From: Cyanobacteria bacterium J06642_12
GTDB taxonomy: Bacteria > Cyanobacteriota > Cyanobacteriia > Thermostichales > PCC-7336
DNA length: 64,000 nt
Assembly: GCA_039817825.1 (NCBI GenBank)
Contig: JBCBVA010000004.1
Location: 7,912 to 71,911, forward strand
Reading direction: 5' to 3'
Below, piece after piece: positions 1 to 10,479 of the stretch; position 1 is the stretch's first letter; each line of letters opens with the position of its first letter. Below the pieces are notes generated by a model that was not told the origin of the DNA, did no database searches, and saw only the letters and a list, made by a program, of their open reading frames with translations. The translations under genes were made by a program, and so were the position numbers.

Positions 1-1
1 G

Positions 2-1864
2 GATAATCGCGATCTCACCATTGGCGTCAGTCAGACTCCAGCCAGCGCCCAACAGTTCGCAGACCGCCTCATCGAACAGTTGGGTATTAGCCCCAACGGC
101 CTCCACGAAGCCTGCGATCGCCAAACAGGAGCACGGGCAGGATGGGCGATCCCCCTACTGTTGGTGCAACAGGACGGACATCTACGATGGAGTACCTGCC
201 GCTGGGAGCTATCCAATGGTGCCCGCACTTTACCGTTACTCGCTGGGGATTCCCCAATTGGCTTGCGTCTGCCCCTGCACGACATAACCTGGTCGGATGC
301 ACTCACCACTGAAGCTCAGCCTATCCTCTCTGCTCCTGCCACCGTGACCAGCGGAGTCCCTGCAGAATCTCCTCCCAACTCTATCTGCGTTGCCCTGGGG
401 CTGGACATTCGAGATGGAGTCTTGCACGTCTTTCTGCCTCCTCTCAGCTCTGCCCGCAGCTTTGTGGATTTAGTTGGGGCGATCGAGCAGGTGGCAGTAG
501 ACACCTCAACCCCGATTGCTCTGGAAGGCTATCCTCCTCCAGCCAATACCGGCATCTCGGGATTTCAAATTACGCCCGATCCTGGAGTGCTCGAAGTCAA
601 CATCCACCCGGTCAACACCTGGCCAGACCTAGTTGAACAAACTCAACGGGTGTACGATGCCGCCCAATCCTGCGGCCTAACGGCTTGGAAACCCACCACC
701 AACGGACACCCAACCAACACGGGGGGAGGAGCCCACATCACCATTGGTGGTTCGACAGTGGTAGACAGCCCACTCCTGCGGCGTCCAGACTTACTGCGTA
801 GCCTGCTAGCCTACTGGCACAATCACCCCAGCCTGTCCTACGTCTTTACCGGTTTATTTGTTGGTCCCACCAGCCAAGCACCGCGCCTAGATGAGTCTCG
901 CCTGGAAACTCTGTACGAGTTGGACATCGCGTTCCAGCAATTGTCCCCCCATCGAGCGATCGCCCCTGAAGATCTGGATAGGTTACTCTCCCACCTGTTG
1001 GTTGATACCTCCGGCAATGCCCACCGCACGGCGCTGTGCATCGACAAGCTCTATCCCCGGAACAACCCTCGCCTGCAATTGGGGCTGTTGGAATTTCGGG
1101 GGTTTGCCATGCCCCCCACAGACCAAATGCGCCTGCTGCAGCTGTTGTTGGTGCGTTCGTTAGTAGCCATGCTGTGGCAACAGCCGTACAGAGAGCCCCT
1201 GATTCGCTGGGGCACCCAATTGCACGATCGCTTCCTCCTACCCGACCCTTTGAACGTCGATTTACAGAGGGTTCTGTCCGACCTATCCGACGCGGGTATG
1301 CCCTTCCAGCAGACTTGGTTCGAACCATTCTTCAATTTTCGATTTCCGACGTACGGTGTGGCGCATTTCAACAATTGCCCAGGCATGGCCGTGACATTGG
1401 AGCTTCGACAGGCGATCGAACCGTGGAACGTCATTGGCACGGGAGGCGATGACGGCACAGCTCGGCTTGTTGATACCTCTTTGGCTCGCATTCAAATCAA
1501 GTTAGACATCCAAGATGCCAGCGCTGATCGCTACGACGTTACCTGCAACCACTACCGTGTTCCCCTCCATCGCCTCTCAACCAATACCTGGGTGGGTGGA
1601 GTCCGGTTCCGCACCAGTACCCCATCCGGTGCCTCCCTTCCGGCCACGGCCCCCGATCGCCAATTAGTCTTCAACATTATCGATACACAAGAGCAGAGAT
1701 CGCTGGGGGGCTGCACGTATGTCCCCTATGCCCAACCTGGAGGCCAATCGTTCACAATCCATCCGTCACACGGTCATCGCTCTTGCTCCGTCCCCAGCCA
1801 CGAAATCTCCCCCAGCCCGGAATACCCCAGCCTATTGGATATACGCCGAATACCACCAGCGTAG
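2..1864 (+). CDS. Transglutaminase-family/DUF2126 (putative amidoligase) protein, 5' end outside the window
   Basis: Frame stays open back to position 2. Motifs ITPDPGVLEVNIHP, TGGGAHITIGG, HPSLSYVFTGLFVGPTSQAPRLDE and LGLLEFRGF are typical of DUF2126. Confidence 0.8.
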   Translation, partial: DNRDLTIGVSQTPASAQQFADRLIEQLGISPNGLHEACDRQTGARAGWAIPLLLVQQDGHLRWSTCRWELSNGARTLPLLAGDSPIGLRLPLHDITWSDALTTEAQPILSAPATVTSGVPAESPPNSICVALGLDIRDGVLHVFLPPLSSARSFVDLVGAIEQVAVDTSTPIALEGYPPPANTGISGFQITPDPGVLEVNIHPVNTWPDLVEQTQRVYDAAQSCGLTAWKPTTNGHPTNTGGGAHITIGGSTVVDSPLLRRPDLLRSLLAYWHNHPSLSYVFTGLFVGPTSQAPRLDESRLETLYELDIAFQQLSPHRAIAPEDLDRLLSHLLVDTSGNAHRTALCIDKLYPRNNPRLQLGLLEFRGFAMPPTDQMRLLQLLLVRSLVAMLWQQPYREPLIRWGTQLHDRFLLPDPLNVDLQRVLSDLSDAGMPFQQTWFEPFFNFRFPTYGVAHFNNCPGMAVTLELRQAIEPWNVIGTGGDDGTARLVDTSLARIQIKLDIQDASADRYDVTCNHYRVPLHRLSTNTWVGGVRFRTSTPSGASLPATAPDRQLVFNIIDTQEQRSLGGCTYVPYAQPGGQSFTIHPSHGHRSCSVPSHEISPSPEYPSLLDIRRIPPA

Positions 1865-1915
1865 GGGCCGTTGGGATTGAGACCGCTCGGGTTTGGCAGG
1901 ACAACAATCAAAACT

Positions 1916-1949
1916 AATAACGCGAGCAACATTGGTTGCTCGCGTTATT
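1916..1949 (-). terminator. 15-bp-stem hairpin, probable terminator between convergent genes
   Basis: AATAACGCGAGCAAC-attg-GTTGCTCGCGTTATT, followed by a T-rich tract on the minus strand. Confidence 0.7.
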
Positions 1950-2023
1950 CGAGACTGCCTATAGTATCAAAGCTATGGTTACATCTTAGATAAAACAGAC
2001 TTCACACAAATAGGTTCGGCTAC

Positions 2024-2170
2024 TTAGTAACGTCGACGCGGCATGCGGTCTCGAACGGGTACAGGAATAGGCTGATGCTGTGGTTGCGGCTGCGCATCAC
2101 CACCCAGAGCTTCCGCGATCTTGTCGAACCAATCGCGAAGCTTATCCAGGATGCGGCCAATCAAACCCAT
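2024..2170 (-). CDS. Small 48-aa protein with a PIPVPVR motif (not in the ORF track)
   Basis: Manual translation MGLIGRILDKLRDWFDKIAEALGGDAQPQPQHQPIPVPVRDRMPRRRY*. ATG start, fills an intergenic gap, hairpin downstream. Confidence 0.7.
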   Translation of the reverse strand: MGLIGRILDKLRDWFDKIAEALGGDAQPQPQHQPIPVPVRDRMPRRRY

Positions 2171-2557
2171 ATTGCTGTTACCCACCCAATAGAATTTGTT
2201 AGATAACTCAATATAACAAGAATACCCAAGATGATGACAGGGTTAAGGAAAATCCTGGATTTCAGTACTGTTGGCCTCATAGCCGTAGCTAATTCTACTG
2301 AGAGATCGCACCCCTAGCAGAATTTATGACGGCGATCTCCCTTTCACGCTCTTGGAGGCGGCATCTATCTCTGCCCTCAGGTCAGCCTTGTTCGACACGA
2401 GGGTTGGTTAGGCTTGCGATGAAGTGTGACCTTCAACCACAAATACTGCAGCCAGCCTGAGGGAGAGCAATGCCCCATCACTGCTGTAAGGGCAGAGTCC
2501 TAGCGGTCAGGCTATTCCCAACCAGCACAAGACATTACTATAGAAACCTGACTCAAA

Positions 2558-3898
2558 ATGCACGCTATGTCCGCCCAGACCTACCACATCACCACTTTCG
2601 GCTGCCAGATGAACAAAGCCGATTCAGAACGCATGGCTGGCGTGCTGGAGTCGTTGGGCTATACGGCAACCGATAACGAATTTAAAGCCGATCTGATCCT
2701 CTACAACACTTGCACCATTCGCGATAACGCCGAGCAGAAAGTATATTCCTATCTGGGGAAGCAGGCCAAACGCAAGCATAAAAACCCCGCCATCAAGATA
2801 GTGGTTGCCGGGTGCGTGGCTCAGCAGGAAGGGGAAAAACTCCTGCGCCGGGTCCCCGAGGTCGATTTAGTGATGGGGCCTCAGTATGCCAATCGTCTGG
2901 CGGATTTGCTGGCACAAGTGGATGCGGGCAACCAAGTGGCCGCCACTGAAGTCACCCACATCCCTGAGGACATCACTAAGCCCCGCCGAGACAGCGACAT
3001 TACCGCTTGGGTCAACGTCATCTACGGATGCAACGAGCGCTGCACCTATTGCATCGTGCCCTCCGTACGCGGACTGGAACAATCGCGCACTCCCGACGCT
3101 ATTCGCCAAGAAATCGAGATACTGGGGGCAGAAGGGTTCAAAGAGATCACGCTGCTGGGGCAAAACATCGACGCCTATGGCCGCGATCTGAATACTAATC
3201 TGGCCTCCTTACTGCGATACGTCCACGATGTGGATGGCATCGAGCGGATTCGCTTCGCCACCAGCCACCCCCGCTACTTCACCGAAGAGCTGATTGCTAC
3301 CTGTGCCGAGCTACCCAAGGTGTGCGAGCAGTTCCACATTCCCTTCCAGGCAGGCAACAACGATGTGCTCAAGCGTATGCGCCGTGGATATACCCACGAG
3401 CGCTATCGCAGCATCATTGAGCTAGTTCGCTCCTACATGCCCGATTCGTCCATTACTGCCGATGCGATTGTGGCGTTTCCGGGGGAAACAGACGAGCAGT
3501 TTTTGGACACATTGCAGCTGATTCACGACATTGGCTTCGATGCGGTCAACACTGCAGCGTATTCTCCCCGCCCCGGCACCCCAGCTGCGACATGGGAAGG
3601 TCAGTTGAGCGAAGCGGTCAAGAGCGATCGCCTACAGCGCATTAACCGAGCTGTGGCTCAGTCTGCTGCAGAACGCAGCCAACGATATCTGGGTCGTACG
3701 GAAGAGGTTCTGGTGGAAGCGGTCAATCCCAAGCGTCCCGACCAAGTCAGCGGTCGCACCCGCACCGGCCGCCTCGTGTTCTTTGATGGGGATATTCAGG
3801 TGCTTCGCGGGCAATTGGTCACCGTTCGGATTGGAGAAGCCAGAGCCTTCAGCCTCACAGGCGAGCGACTTGGACAGGCCGCCCAGGCTTGTCGTTAA
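2558..3898 (+). CDS. miaB: tRNA-2-methylthio-N6-dimethylallyladenosine synthase MiaB
   Basis: [24 protein letters not shown], radical [12 protein letters not shown]-terminal TRAM domain. Start may be 2567. Confidence 0.96.
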   Translation: MHAMSAQTYHITTFGCQMNKADSERMAGVLESLGYTATDNEFKADLILYNTCTIRDNAEQKVYSYLGKQAKRKHKNPAIKIVVAGCVAQQEGEKLLRRVPEVDLVMGPQYANRLADLLAQVDAGNQVAATEVTHIPEDITKPRRDSDITAWVNVIYGCNERCTYCIVPSVRGLEQSRTPDAIRQEIEILGAEGFKEITLLGQNIDAYGRDLNTNLASLLRYVHDVDGIERIRFATSHPRYFTEELIATCAELPKVCEQFHIPFQAGNNDVLKRMRRGYTHERYRSIIELVRSYMPDSSITADAIVAFPGETDEQFLDTLQLIHDIGFDAVNTAAYSPRPGTPAATWEGQLSEAVKSDRLQRINRAVAQSAAERSQRYLGRTEEVLVEAVNPKRPDQVSGRTRTGRLVFFDGDIQVLRGQLVTVRIGEARAFSLTGERLGQAAQACR

Positions 3899-3990
3899 AA
3901 CCGTTGGCTAGCATAGCGATCTTAGCGATCTGTAATAGCAGGCTAATCGCCAATCTGCTAGGACAAAGGGGTAGTGTGCAACCATCCAAC

Positions 3991-4341
3991 ATGCCGCTCA
4001 TTAAAGTTCAAACGTCTGTTGCCGACACCTCTACTGTCAACGTAGACGGCTTGCTAAAGTCCCTATCCTCCGGCTTGGCCAGTCATCTGGGTAAACCCGA
4101 GTCCTATGTCATGACAGCATTTGAGTCAGGGGTGCCGATGACCTTTGCAGGCACATCCGAACCGGTTTGCTATGTGGAAATCAAGAGTGTTGGCACCATG
4201 GGCTCCGACAAAACTGGGGCGATGAGTACAGCATTTTGCCAAGAATTGAGCGATGCATTGGGAGTTGAAAAAGGCCGTATCTACATCGAATTCGCTGATT
4301 CAGCCGGGTACATGTGGGGCTGGAACGGTCGTACGTTCTAA
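3991..4341 (+). CDS. MIF-like phenylpyruvate tautomerase
   Basis: Start moved to ATG 3991 gives M-PLIKVQTS (catalytic N-terminal Pro), GKPESYVM and C-terminal WGWNGRTF. Confidence 0.9.
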   Translation: MPLIKVQTSVADTSTVNVDGLLKSLSSGLASHLGKPESYVMTAFESGVPMTFAGTSEPVCYVEIKSVGTMGSDKTGAMSTAFCQELSDALGVEKGRIYIEFADSAGYMWGWNGRTF

Positions 4342-4416
4342 GTTGCGCGCCAGCTTCGGCACCTCGCACAGTTCGATCACACAGCCCGCTTCCGACCGGA
4401 AGCGGGCTGTAGTGTG

Positions 4417-4665
4417 TCAATACAATAGCGAGACTAAGCGGTCACTAAGAACGCGTTTCTTCATGAACGACCTTGACTCGGCTGCGCAGACGGTCAATGG
4501 TGCGACCCAGGCGTTTTTGCTTGAGTTGCATGCGATCGAGGTGCTGAATATCTTCAGCGTAATAGTCTCGAATTGCCATATCAACGGCAGTAGCGTGTGC
4601 CATAACAAAACCTCTAACAAGTAGGTAAGGGAGATCGACATCGGAAAACAGTGGGGATGGCGCAT
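4417..4665 (-). CDS. Hypothetical 82-aa protein
   Basis: ATG-started ORF in a gene gap with a hydrophobic N-terminal half. No recognised motif. Confidence 0.35.
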   Translation of the reverse strand: MRHPHCFPMSISLTYLLEVLLWHTLLPLIWQFETITLKIFSTSIACNSSKNAWVAPLTVCAAESRSFMKKRVLSDRLVSLLY

Positions 4666-4868
4666 GTCACCAGGTTTTTGAAGACCTCCTGAAACGGAAC
4701 TGCACAGCAGTTGGCCTCAGACATGCCAAGCAAACTCTCCGTACCAAAAGACGAAACTTTTTAGTCTTAATGAGATTGCGCCCTTAATGCTTCGGGGATG
4801 CGGGCTAGTCGATTGCGATCTGCACCTTGACACGAATCACAAACCAGCCGAGCCCACAATCAAAGAAC

Positions 4869-4884
4869 TGTAGCTGTTGCTACA
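4869..4884. promoter_or_regulatory. NtcA-type binding site
   Basis: TGTA-gctgttgc-TACA matches the GTA-N8-TAC consensus with T/A flanks, in an AT-rich intergenic region. Confidence 0.55.
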
Positions 4885-5405
4885 ATTTTACCCAGTAATT
4901 GTTATGGATTGCCATTCTGAAATCTTAAGGAATAATTAGGGTGTAAAAGATCCGCACAACTTAGACAGAAAGCTTGAAGAATCTGCTACTCGCTTAACAT
5001 TGGCTGCGATCTCAATGTATCTGGCTGACTGGTGAGGTCTCCATTTTCGAAGACGCCGCACGCACTCCGGAAATAACCATCAACTTTACATCGACAGCTG
5101 GCTGAACAGATCTAGCAATCCGCTTCAGGGCGTGGAGGCCGCTAAAAGCCTTGATTGGCGGGGAAGAATGGCTAGCTAGTACTCTCCATAGCGGATTGCC
5201 GAACGCCATATCTTGAATAGGTTCTTTCACGCAGAGACTACAGCAGAGTCAGGCGATCGAACTGAGCGCAGCTTGTCAGAGCCCCCAGACCACCAACTCT
5301 AGTTTCAGGGGCCGGTCATCTCTATGCAGTGAGGGTTAAGTACACCCGAGCGAATTACCGGCACCCGTGCCCGATCGCTTGCCCCCAACCTCTAAACCCC
5401 GCTCG

Positions 5406-5921
5406 CTATGAATTGCCTACGTTGGTAAACGGGTACGCGCGAGACGTAGTATTAGCAGGAGCCCGATCGACGCCATCTCGAAATAGCTGGTAGTCGATCG
5501 CCAATTGGCGATAAACCCACCAACTGGGGCGATCGCAGTATTTCGCGCGGTACATGGCAACCTGTCGTTCGCCAAATCCCGGATCGTTGCGATCTTCTGA
5601 CACTTTAGTGACGATCCACACCTGCATCTGCTTCAACGCCATGCGAGAGTACCAATCTTGGGTCTGCTCGGGAACTTGGTACTCCAGTTTTTGCAACAGG
5701 AGCGAGACCACCTGGATATCGTCGTTCAATAACTTGACCAACTGCTCGTACGGACTCAGGGATTCAGCGTGCTGACCGGTTCGACTGCCAGGACGTGTGC
5801 CAAATCGCTCTCGATACCACCGCACAGCTTTGACCAACAGCGGCCATGTGCAGTAGAGGAACCCAATTGCAGCTAGCAGCCAAGCTACTAGCGTAATCAA
5901 TTGTTCGGTGTCAATTTGCAT
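5406..5921 (-). CDS. Hypothetical protein with N-terminal transmembrane helix
   Basis: 171-aa ORF with hydrophobic LITLVAWLLAAIGFLYCTWPLLV. Confidence 0.6.
   Translation of the reverse strand: MQIDTEQLITLVAWLLAAIGFLYCTWPLLVKAVRWYRERFGTRPGSRTGQHAESLSPYEQLVKLLNDDIQVVSLLLQKLEYQVPEQTQDWYSRMALKQMQVWIVTKVSEDRNDPGFGERQVAMYRAKYCDRPSWWVYRQLAIDYQLFRDGVDRAPANTTSRAYPFTNVGNS
5529..5536. repeat. HIP1 octamer GCGATCGC (representative copy; abundant throughout the window)
   Basis: GCGATCGC here, at 6423-6430 and at many other sites. Known cyanobacterial genome signature. Copies not counted. Confidence 0.9.
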
Positions 5922-6329
5922 GAATCAGCCGTGCATGGGTCGGTCAAAGACACTGTAGTCCGTAGATGTCGCGTAGCTAGTTTTACGAACTACCACCTAA
6001 AATTGGCAGGCTCTCGCCTCTTATCATTATCGCTGCAATGCGACCGGCGATCGCTGTTTGATGCCAAGAACTTAGGACGTTCCGTTCGTTGGGTGCAATA
6101 GCCACTTCGGCAGCCAGCGACGCTCATTCACAAGACCTGAGTTCGATGGCCTTCTTCCCCAGCCTTTGCTGCTGTAAGCTCCAAGGGGTCAAGATGGCTC
6201 TCCCCCTGACGAGAGCAGGGCGTGTAGCAATTGTTCTAGCGGTTTACCGATCGCTATCGTTCTCCTGCGGGCTTGTAACCCCCAAAGCGAGTACTGTTGC
6301 ACTCTAAACGCGCAATCGCAGGATCGTTG

Positions 6330-7052
6330 ATGGCCATAGGAACGCTGTGGGGAGTGAGCGTAGGACCGGGAAACCCAGACTGGATGACCGTAGAAGGCAT
6401 TCGCGCGATCCAATCTGTGGGAGCGATCGCTTGCCCTCAAGATCGCCAGGGTAAACCTGGTATGGCTTATCGGATTGCCCAGCAATACGTGGGAGAGCGG
6501 CCTGTCATTAGCTTGGATTTACCGTTTGTGACCGATGCGGATGTTTTGGAGCGATCGTGGCAAGCTGCCGCAAAGCAACTGGTGCCCATTTTGCAGCAAG
6601 GCAGCGACGTTGCGTTCATATGCGAGGGGGATGCCAGTTTTTTCAGCACGTTTGCATATCTAGCACGGGAAGTGCGCCAACAAGAAGCAGGGGTAGGGGT
6701 TCAAGTCTTGCCTGGGGTCTGTTCTCCCCTGGCAGCAGCGGCGGCTCTGAGTATCCCCCTATCGATGTGGGATGAAGGTGTTGCGATTGTACCTGCGGTG
6801 CATCGAGTCGACGAACTGGACGCAATTCTGGACTGGGCGGATGTTGTGGTGCTGATGAAACTGTCCTCGGTGTTCGATCGCGTCTACGCCACGTTAGAGC
6901 GACGTAGCTTACTGGCCCACACCGGCTTGGTGGAATGGCTGGGATGGCCTCAACAGCAGGCATTTCACTCGCTCAACAATATGCAGGACTATCGCCCTCC
7001 TTACTTCTCGATCGCTATTGTGCGCAACCCACTGAAACGTTTTCCGGGCTGA
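6330..7052 (+). CDS. cobI: Precorrin-2 C20-methyltransferase
   Basis: GVSVGPGNPDWMT, VAFICEGDASFFSTF, VLPGVCS, VVLMK tetrapyrrole methylase motifs. Confidence 0.9.
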   Translation: MAIGTLWGVSVGPGNPDWMTVEGIRAIQSVGAIACPQDRQGKPGMAYRIAQQYVGERPVISLDLPFVTDADVLERSWQAAAKQLVPILQQGSDVAFICEGDASFFSTFAYLAREVRQQEAGVGVQVLPGVCSPLAAAAALSIPLSMWDEGVAIVPAVHRVDELDAILDWADVVVLMKLSSVFDRVYATLERRSLLAHTGLVEWLGWPQQQAFHSLNNMQDYRPPYFSIAIVRNPLKRFPG

Positions 7053-7144
7053 CTATGAAGACTGTTATCTATCTCGCGCAGGTTGCAGCCAGCCCGAGAG
7101 CGCTTGATTAAAGGAATAGTCAGACAGGTCGATGGTCAGGGCTG

Positions 7145-7771
7145 TCACGATTCTGCAACAGCTTGAAGGAACGGAAGATTGGCTTCCGCCGGGGACAGCT
7201 TGATATGGGACATGCCCTGCTTAGTCAGGGTTTCAATTGCCGCCGTGCGAATACGATAGGGCCAGATTAAATACTTGGTGTTGATGTAGTCCGTGCCCGT
7301 GCGAGCCAAGCTGACGTGCTCGGTGGTCATCATGGCGCGAGGACCGCGCAAGATGGTGGCTTCCGCCAGACGGATGCGTTGAAATAGCTGGCTGAAGGGC
7401 TCTTGAGGCCGCTGCACAAACACCGCGATCGCCACGTCGCAAGGGTTGTAGTAATTGCCATCGCCGCACAGCAACATCGCCTCGCTGCACAGCACCTCCG
7501 TTGTATTGGTTTCCTCGAAGGCCAAGACCGGATAGAGAAACGTGCGAATTTGCTCCACTTGCCAGGAGTTAACCGTATGGCGACTGCTACTGCCTCGCAC
7601 CCAGCTCGATACTGGAGGCAGGACGGCTTCGCTCAACAACCGGTAAACGTACTGGGGTCGCCCCAGCCAGCACAACGCGTCTTCGTAAAACTGCTGCGAC
7701 GCCGCTAACTCCATATTTTGAAGCGAGCTCGATGAGGTCAGCGATTGCATGTCTGGGTCGCGATCGTCCAA
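7145..7771 (-). CDS. Hypothetical protein
   Basis: 208-aa ORF at the end of the minus-strand lysS-ccs1-DUF362 run. No family recognised. Confidence 0.6.
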   Translation of the reverse strand: MDDRDPDMQSLTSSSSLQNMELAASQQFYEDALCWLGRPQYVYRLLSEAVLPPVSSWVRGSSSRHTVNSWQVEQIRTFLYPVLAFEETNTTEVLCSEAMLLCGDGNYYNPCDVAIAVFVQRPQEPFSQLFQRIRLAEATILRGPRAMMTTEHVSLARTGTDYINTKYLIWPYRIRTAAIETLTKQGMSHIKLSPAEANLPFLQAVAES

Positions 7772-7896
7772 AGCCAGCTCCAGTCAGAAGTTTTAGCTTG
7801 CCCGATTCAACCTAGAGTTCTGCGAAAGTGCGATCGAACACTCGCTCAAGGCCGTGGCTGACCGGTTCCAATAGCAAACACGCGTTCCCAGTGCGA

Positions 7897-8883
7897 TTAG
7901 GCCCGTTTGGGCAAACTTCGAGCTTCCGACCATAGGGTGAAAACGTGCTTGAGGGTCGATCGCAGGACACGAGGAGCCCCAAAATCAATCGGCATCATGC
8001 GATCGGGCAATCGCCAGTCATCCACTTGTAGCTCGTGCCAATCGGCCCCTGTGATGTCCAGGGTATCCATCTCCGGCATCACCCCCAATTCGCGACCGGC
8101 CAGATAAATCGGCACCGTTTGCGGATCGACTTGCAACAGTTCCAGCAGTAAACGATCCAGCGCAAACACGTTATCTGACGCAGCCAGAATCCCCAATGGG
8201 CGAGGTAGACCTCCGCTGGGGCCATTACCTTCGTGACCCACAATGCCATCCACAATCGACAGTTGAGGGGCAATCGCCATAGCTGTCTCTACCAACATCG
8301 TGGCGAAGCGAATTTTGTCCTTGCCAGCTTCCATATGCCACCAGGCTTTCATCTTGCCGGGAACGCAACCAAATAAATTCTTGACCGCCAACGTCACCGT
8401 CAGTTGGACGTGAGATTTTACTTTCGGCAGATTAATCATCACATCCGCTCCCAGCGCTTCGCGGCTTAAGCGCAGATGTGCAAACTGGCGATCGTCCGGC
8501 GCAGTAAAGCGCTGGCCTTTGAATTCAATAATCTCCACCCCCAGCTCGTCACACAGCGGCACCAGCCCGTTTTTAGAGGCCACCCCAAACGCACTGCCAA
8601 ACGCCGGACTATCGCCAATAAAGGGTTGTCCTCCTGCCTCCAGCACTGCCTCGGCAACCACGCGCACCAGCTCCGGTCGCGTCGTACATTCATTCTCCGG
8701 GCGAGCCCCCGTCAGCAGATTGGGCTTCAACAGCACGCGCGGTTGCGATCGATCGCTGGACGACTGCAACACACCAGCCATTCCGCCCCACGGCTCGAGC
8801 ATAGTCGCTAACGATTGGCGCAGATCGTCTAAGTCGTAAGATTCTGTCTTGTGAAGACTGACCAAAGAACGGGGACTAGGCAC
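7897..8883 (-). CDS. DUF362 domain protein
   Basis: VLLKPNLL, TTRPELV, GDSPAFG, INLPKVKSH, AVKNLFGCVPG, GHEGNGP. Abuts the ccs1 stop. Confidence 0.88.
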   Translation of the reverse strand: MPSPRSLVSLHKTESYDLDDLRQSLATMLEPWGGMAGVLQSSSDRSQPRVLLKPNLLTGARPENECTTRPELVRVVAEAVLEAGGQPFIGDSPAFGSAFGVASKNGLVPLCDELGVEIIEFKGQRFTAPDDRQFAHLRLSREALGADVMINLPKVKSHVQLTVTLAVKNLFGCVPGKMKAWWHMEAGKDKIRFATMLVETAMAIAPQLSIVDGIVGHEGNGPSGGLPRPLGILAASDNVFALDRLLLELLQVDPQTVPIYLAGRELGVMPEMDTLDITGADWHELQVDDWRLPDRMMPIDFGAPRVLRSTLKHVFTLWSEARSLPKRA

Positions 8884-10260
8884 TTAAGACTCCTGGGCGA
8901 TCGTGGTACTGAGACTGTCTGCGGCGGAACTGTCTGCATTCACTGTATCGGTAGACGCGGGAGAGATGCGATCGAGCAAGCGACAAAATTCCCGTTCGAA
9001 GGTTACCAATGCCCGATTGGTTTTTCCCCCCACATAGAGGTTGGAATCCTCCTGCAGAGCCCAGATCTGGCTGTGACTGACATAGCTCATCATGACTCCC
9101 AGCATCAACAAGCCAAACCCGGCATACACCAGCGGAATCCCCGGATCGGACTTAATCTGCAGGCCAGTAGCGCCAATCAGGTCATCCAGATAAATTGTCT
9201 GACCGTCAACGTCTATGCTGCCCCCTGCTCGCATGGGGCCAACCAAGTTGCCATCTTTCCCGTAAATCAGCGCTGTCCCCTGAAAATCGGGCACCAACAT
9301 CGTTAACCCTTCCGACATGTCTGGCTTCGTCGGCACAAATGTCCCCCATAACTTGTTGCCCCCTGGCTGGCGCAACGGCTGCAGTGGCAGTCGAAAAGCC
9401 GGACTGCGATTGATACGCACTACAACCGAGTCCACGCTCCAGTCTGCCTGGTAGAGCGTGACCCCTTTGTATTTCAATGGCTCGTTGACAAAAATCGTTT
9501 TGCGTTCCGCTTCTTCCCCCCCATCGATTACCGACAGATCGGAATAGAATTGCTTGACCCGGCCGTCGTCGGCATAGTCAATCCAAAACCGATTCACTTT
9601 CAATTCCCAATCCGGCAGCTTATTGGCCAGACTGCCCACTTCAATGGCGTTCCGAATGGGAGAAATCGTGCCTGCCGGAATCATCTCCTGCACTTTGTAA
9701 CCAGACAGTGACCCCCAAATGGCTCCCGCCAACACCAACAGCATGCTGGCATGCACTACAATTGGGCCAATTTTGCCGACAATCCCTTTACGGGCATAGA
9801 GCTTGTTGCCCTCGCGAAACGTCAAATAGCGTTGCTGTTTCAAAGAGGCTTCGAAATCGTCCAGCTCCCCACTCGGCAGGGAGGCGCTGAGGGCAAATTT
9901 TTTAAAGGATTCGGGGCGTTTGTAATAGCTCCAGCGGCGAGCCACTTTCAGCATGGGCCACTGGCGGGTGACGGTGCAGGCTGCCAAACTGGCACCAAAC
10001 AGGATGAGCAGCGATAGAAACCAAGTGGCTTGATAGACGCGGTTGAGGCTGAGGGCCAGCAACACTTTCCAGGTCAAAAAACCGAAGCGAGCCGGAGACT
10101 CCGGATACGTGGCTTGGTAATATTGAACCGTTTCCCCCTGTTCCACAAATGTGCCTGTGGCGCAGGCGATCGCAATAACCAACAACAACACAATAGCCAA
10201 CCGCAAATCGGCCAAGATAGGCAACAAGTCGCGACGGAAGTAGCGGGAAATAGCCTTCAT
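8884..10260 (-). CDS. ccs1: Housekeeping cytochrome c biogenesis protein Ccs1/CcsB (ResB)
   Basis: LADLRLAIVLLL, GTFVEQ, GKIGPIVVHASM, QFYSDLSV, NEPLKYKGVTLYQADW, GLQIKSDPGIPLVY. Confidence 0.93.
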   Translation of the reverse strand: MKAISRYFRRDLLPILADLRLAIVLLLVIAIACATGTFVEQGETVQYYQATYPESPARFGFLTWKVLLALSLNRVYQATWFLSLLILFGASLAACTVTRQWPMLKVARRWSYYKRPESFKKFALSASLPSGELDDFEASLKQQRYLTFREGNKLYARKGIVGKIGPIVVHASMLLVLAGAIWGSLSGYKVQEMIPAGTISPIRNAIEVGSLANKLPDWELKVNRFWIDYADDGRVKQFYSDLSVIDGGEEAERKTIFVNEPLKYKGVTLYQADWSVDSVVVRINRSPAFRLPLQPLRQPGGNKLWGTFVPTKPDMSEGLTMLVPDFQGTALIYGKDGNLVGPMRAGGSIDVDGQTIYLDDLIGATGLQIKSDPGIPLVYAGFGLLMLGVMMSYVSHSQIWALQEDSNLYVGGKTNRALVTFEREFCRLLDRISPASTDTVNADSSAADSLSTTIAQES

Positions 10261-10406
10261 AAATGCAACGATGGAGATTCTGACACTTAGCAAGAGCCCT
10301 GCGAGCAAAGAAGCTACAGGCACCCAAACTGATAACACTATCTATTGTCTGACAAAACCCGATTTAGCGTCGCTGACAGTCCGTCGTGGTTGTTCTCATT
10401 GATATT

Positions 10407-10476
10407 TCGTCCTTGGTCCCTCGTCCTTCGTCATTAGTGGGGAGCAAAAACCAATGACCAATGACTAATGACCAAT
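10407..10476. repeat. Composite heptamer tandem repeat (STRR2-like)
   Basis: Degenerate (T[C/G]GTCCT)n, then AAAAA(CCAATGA)(CCAATGA)(CTAATGA)CCAAT, directly after the lysS stop. Confidence 0.8.
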
Positions 10477-10479
10477 CCC

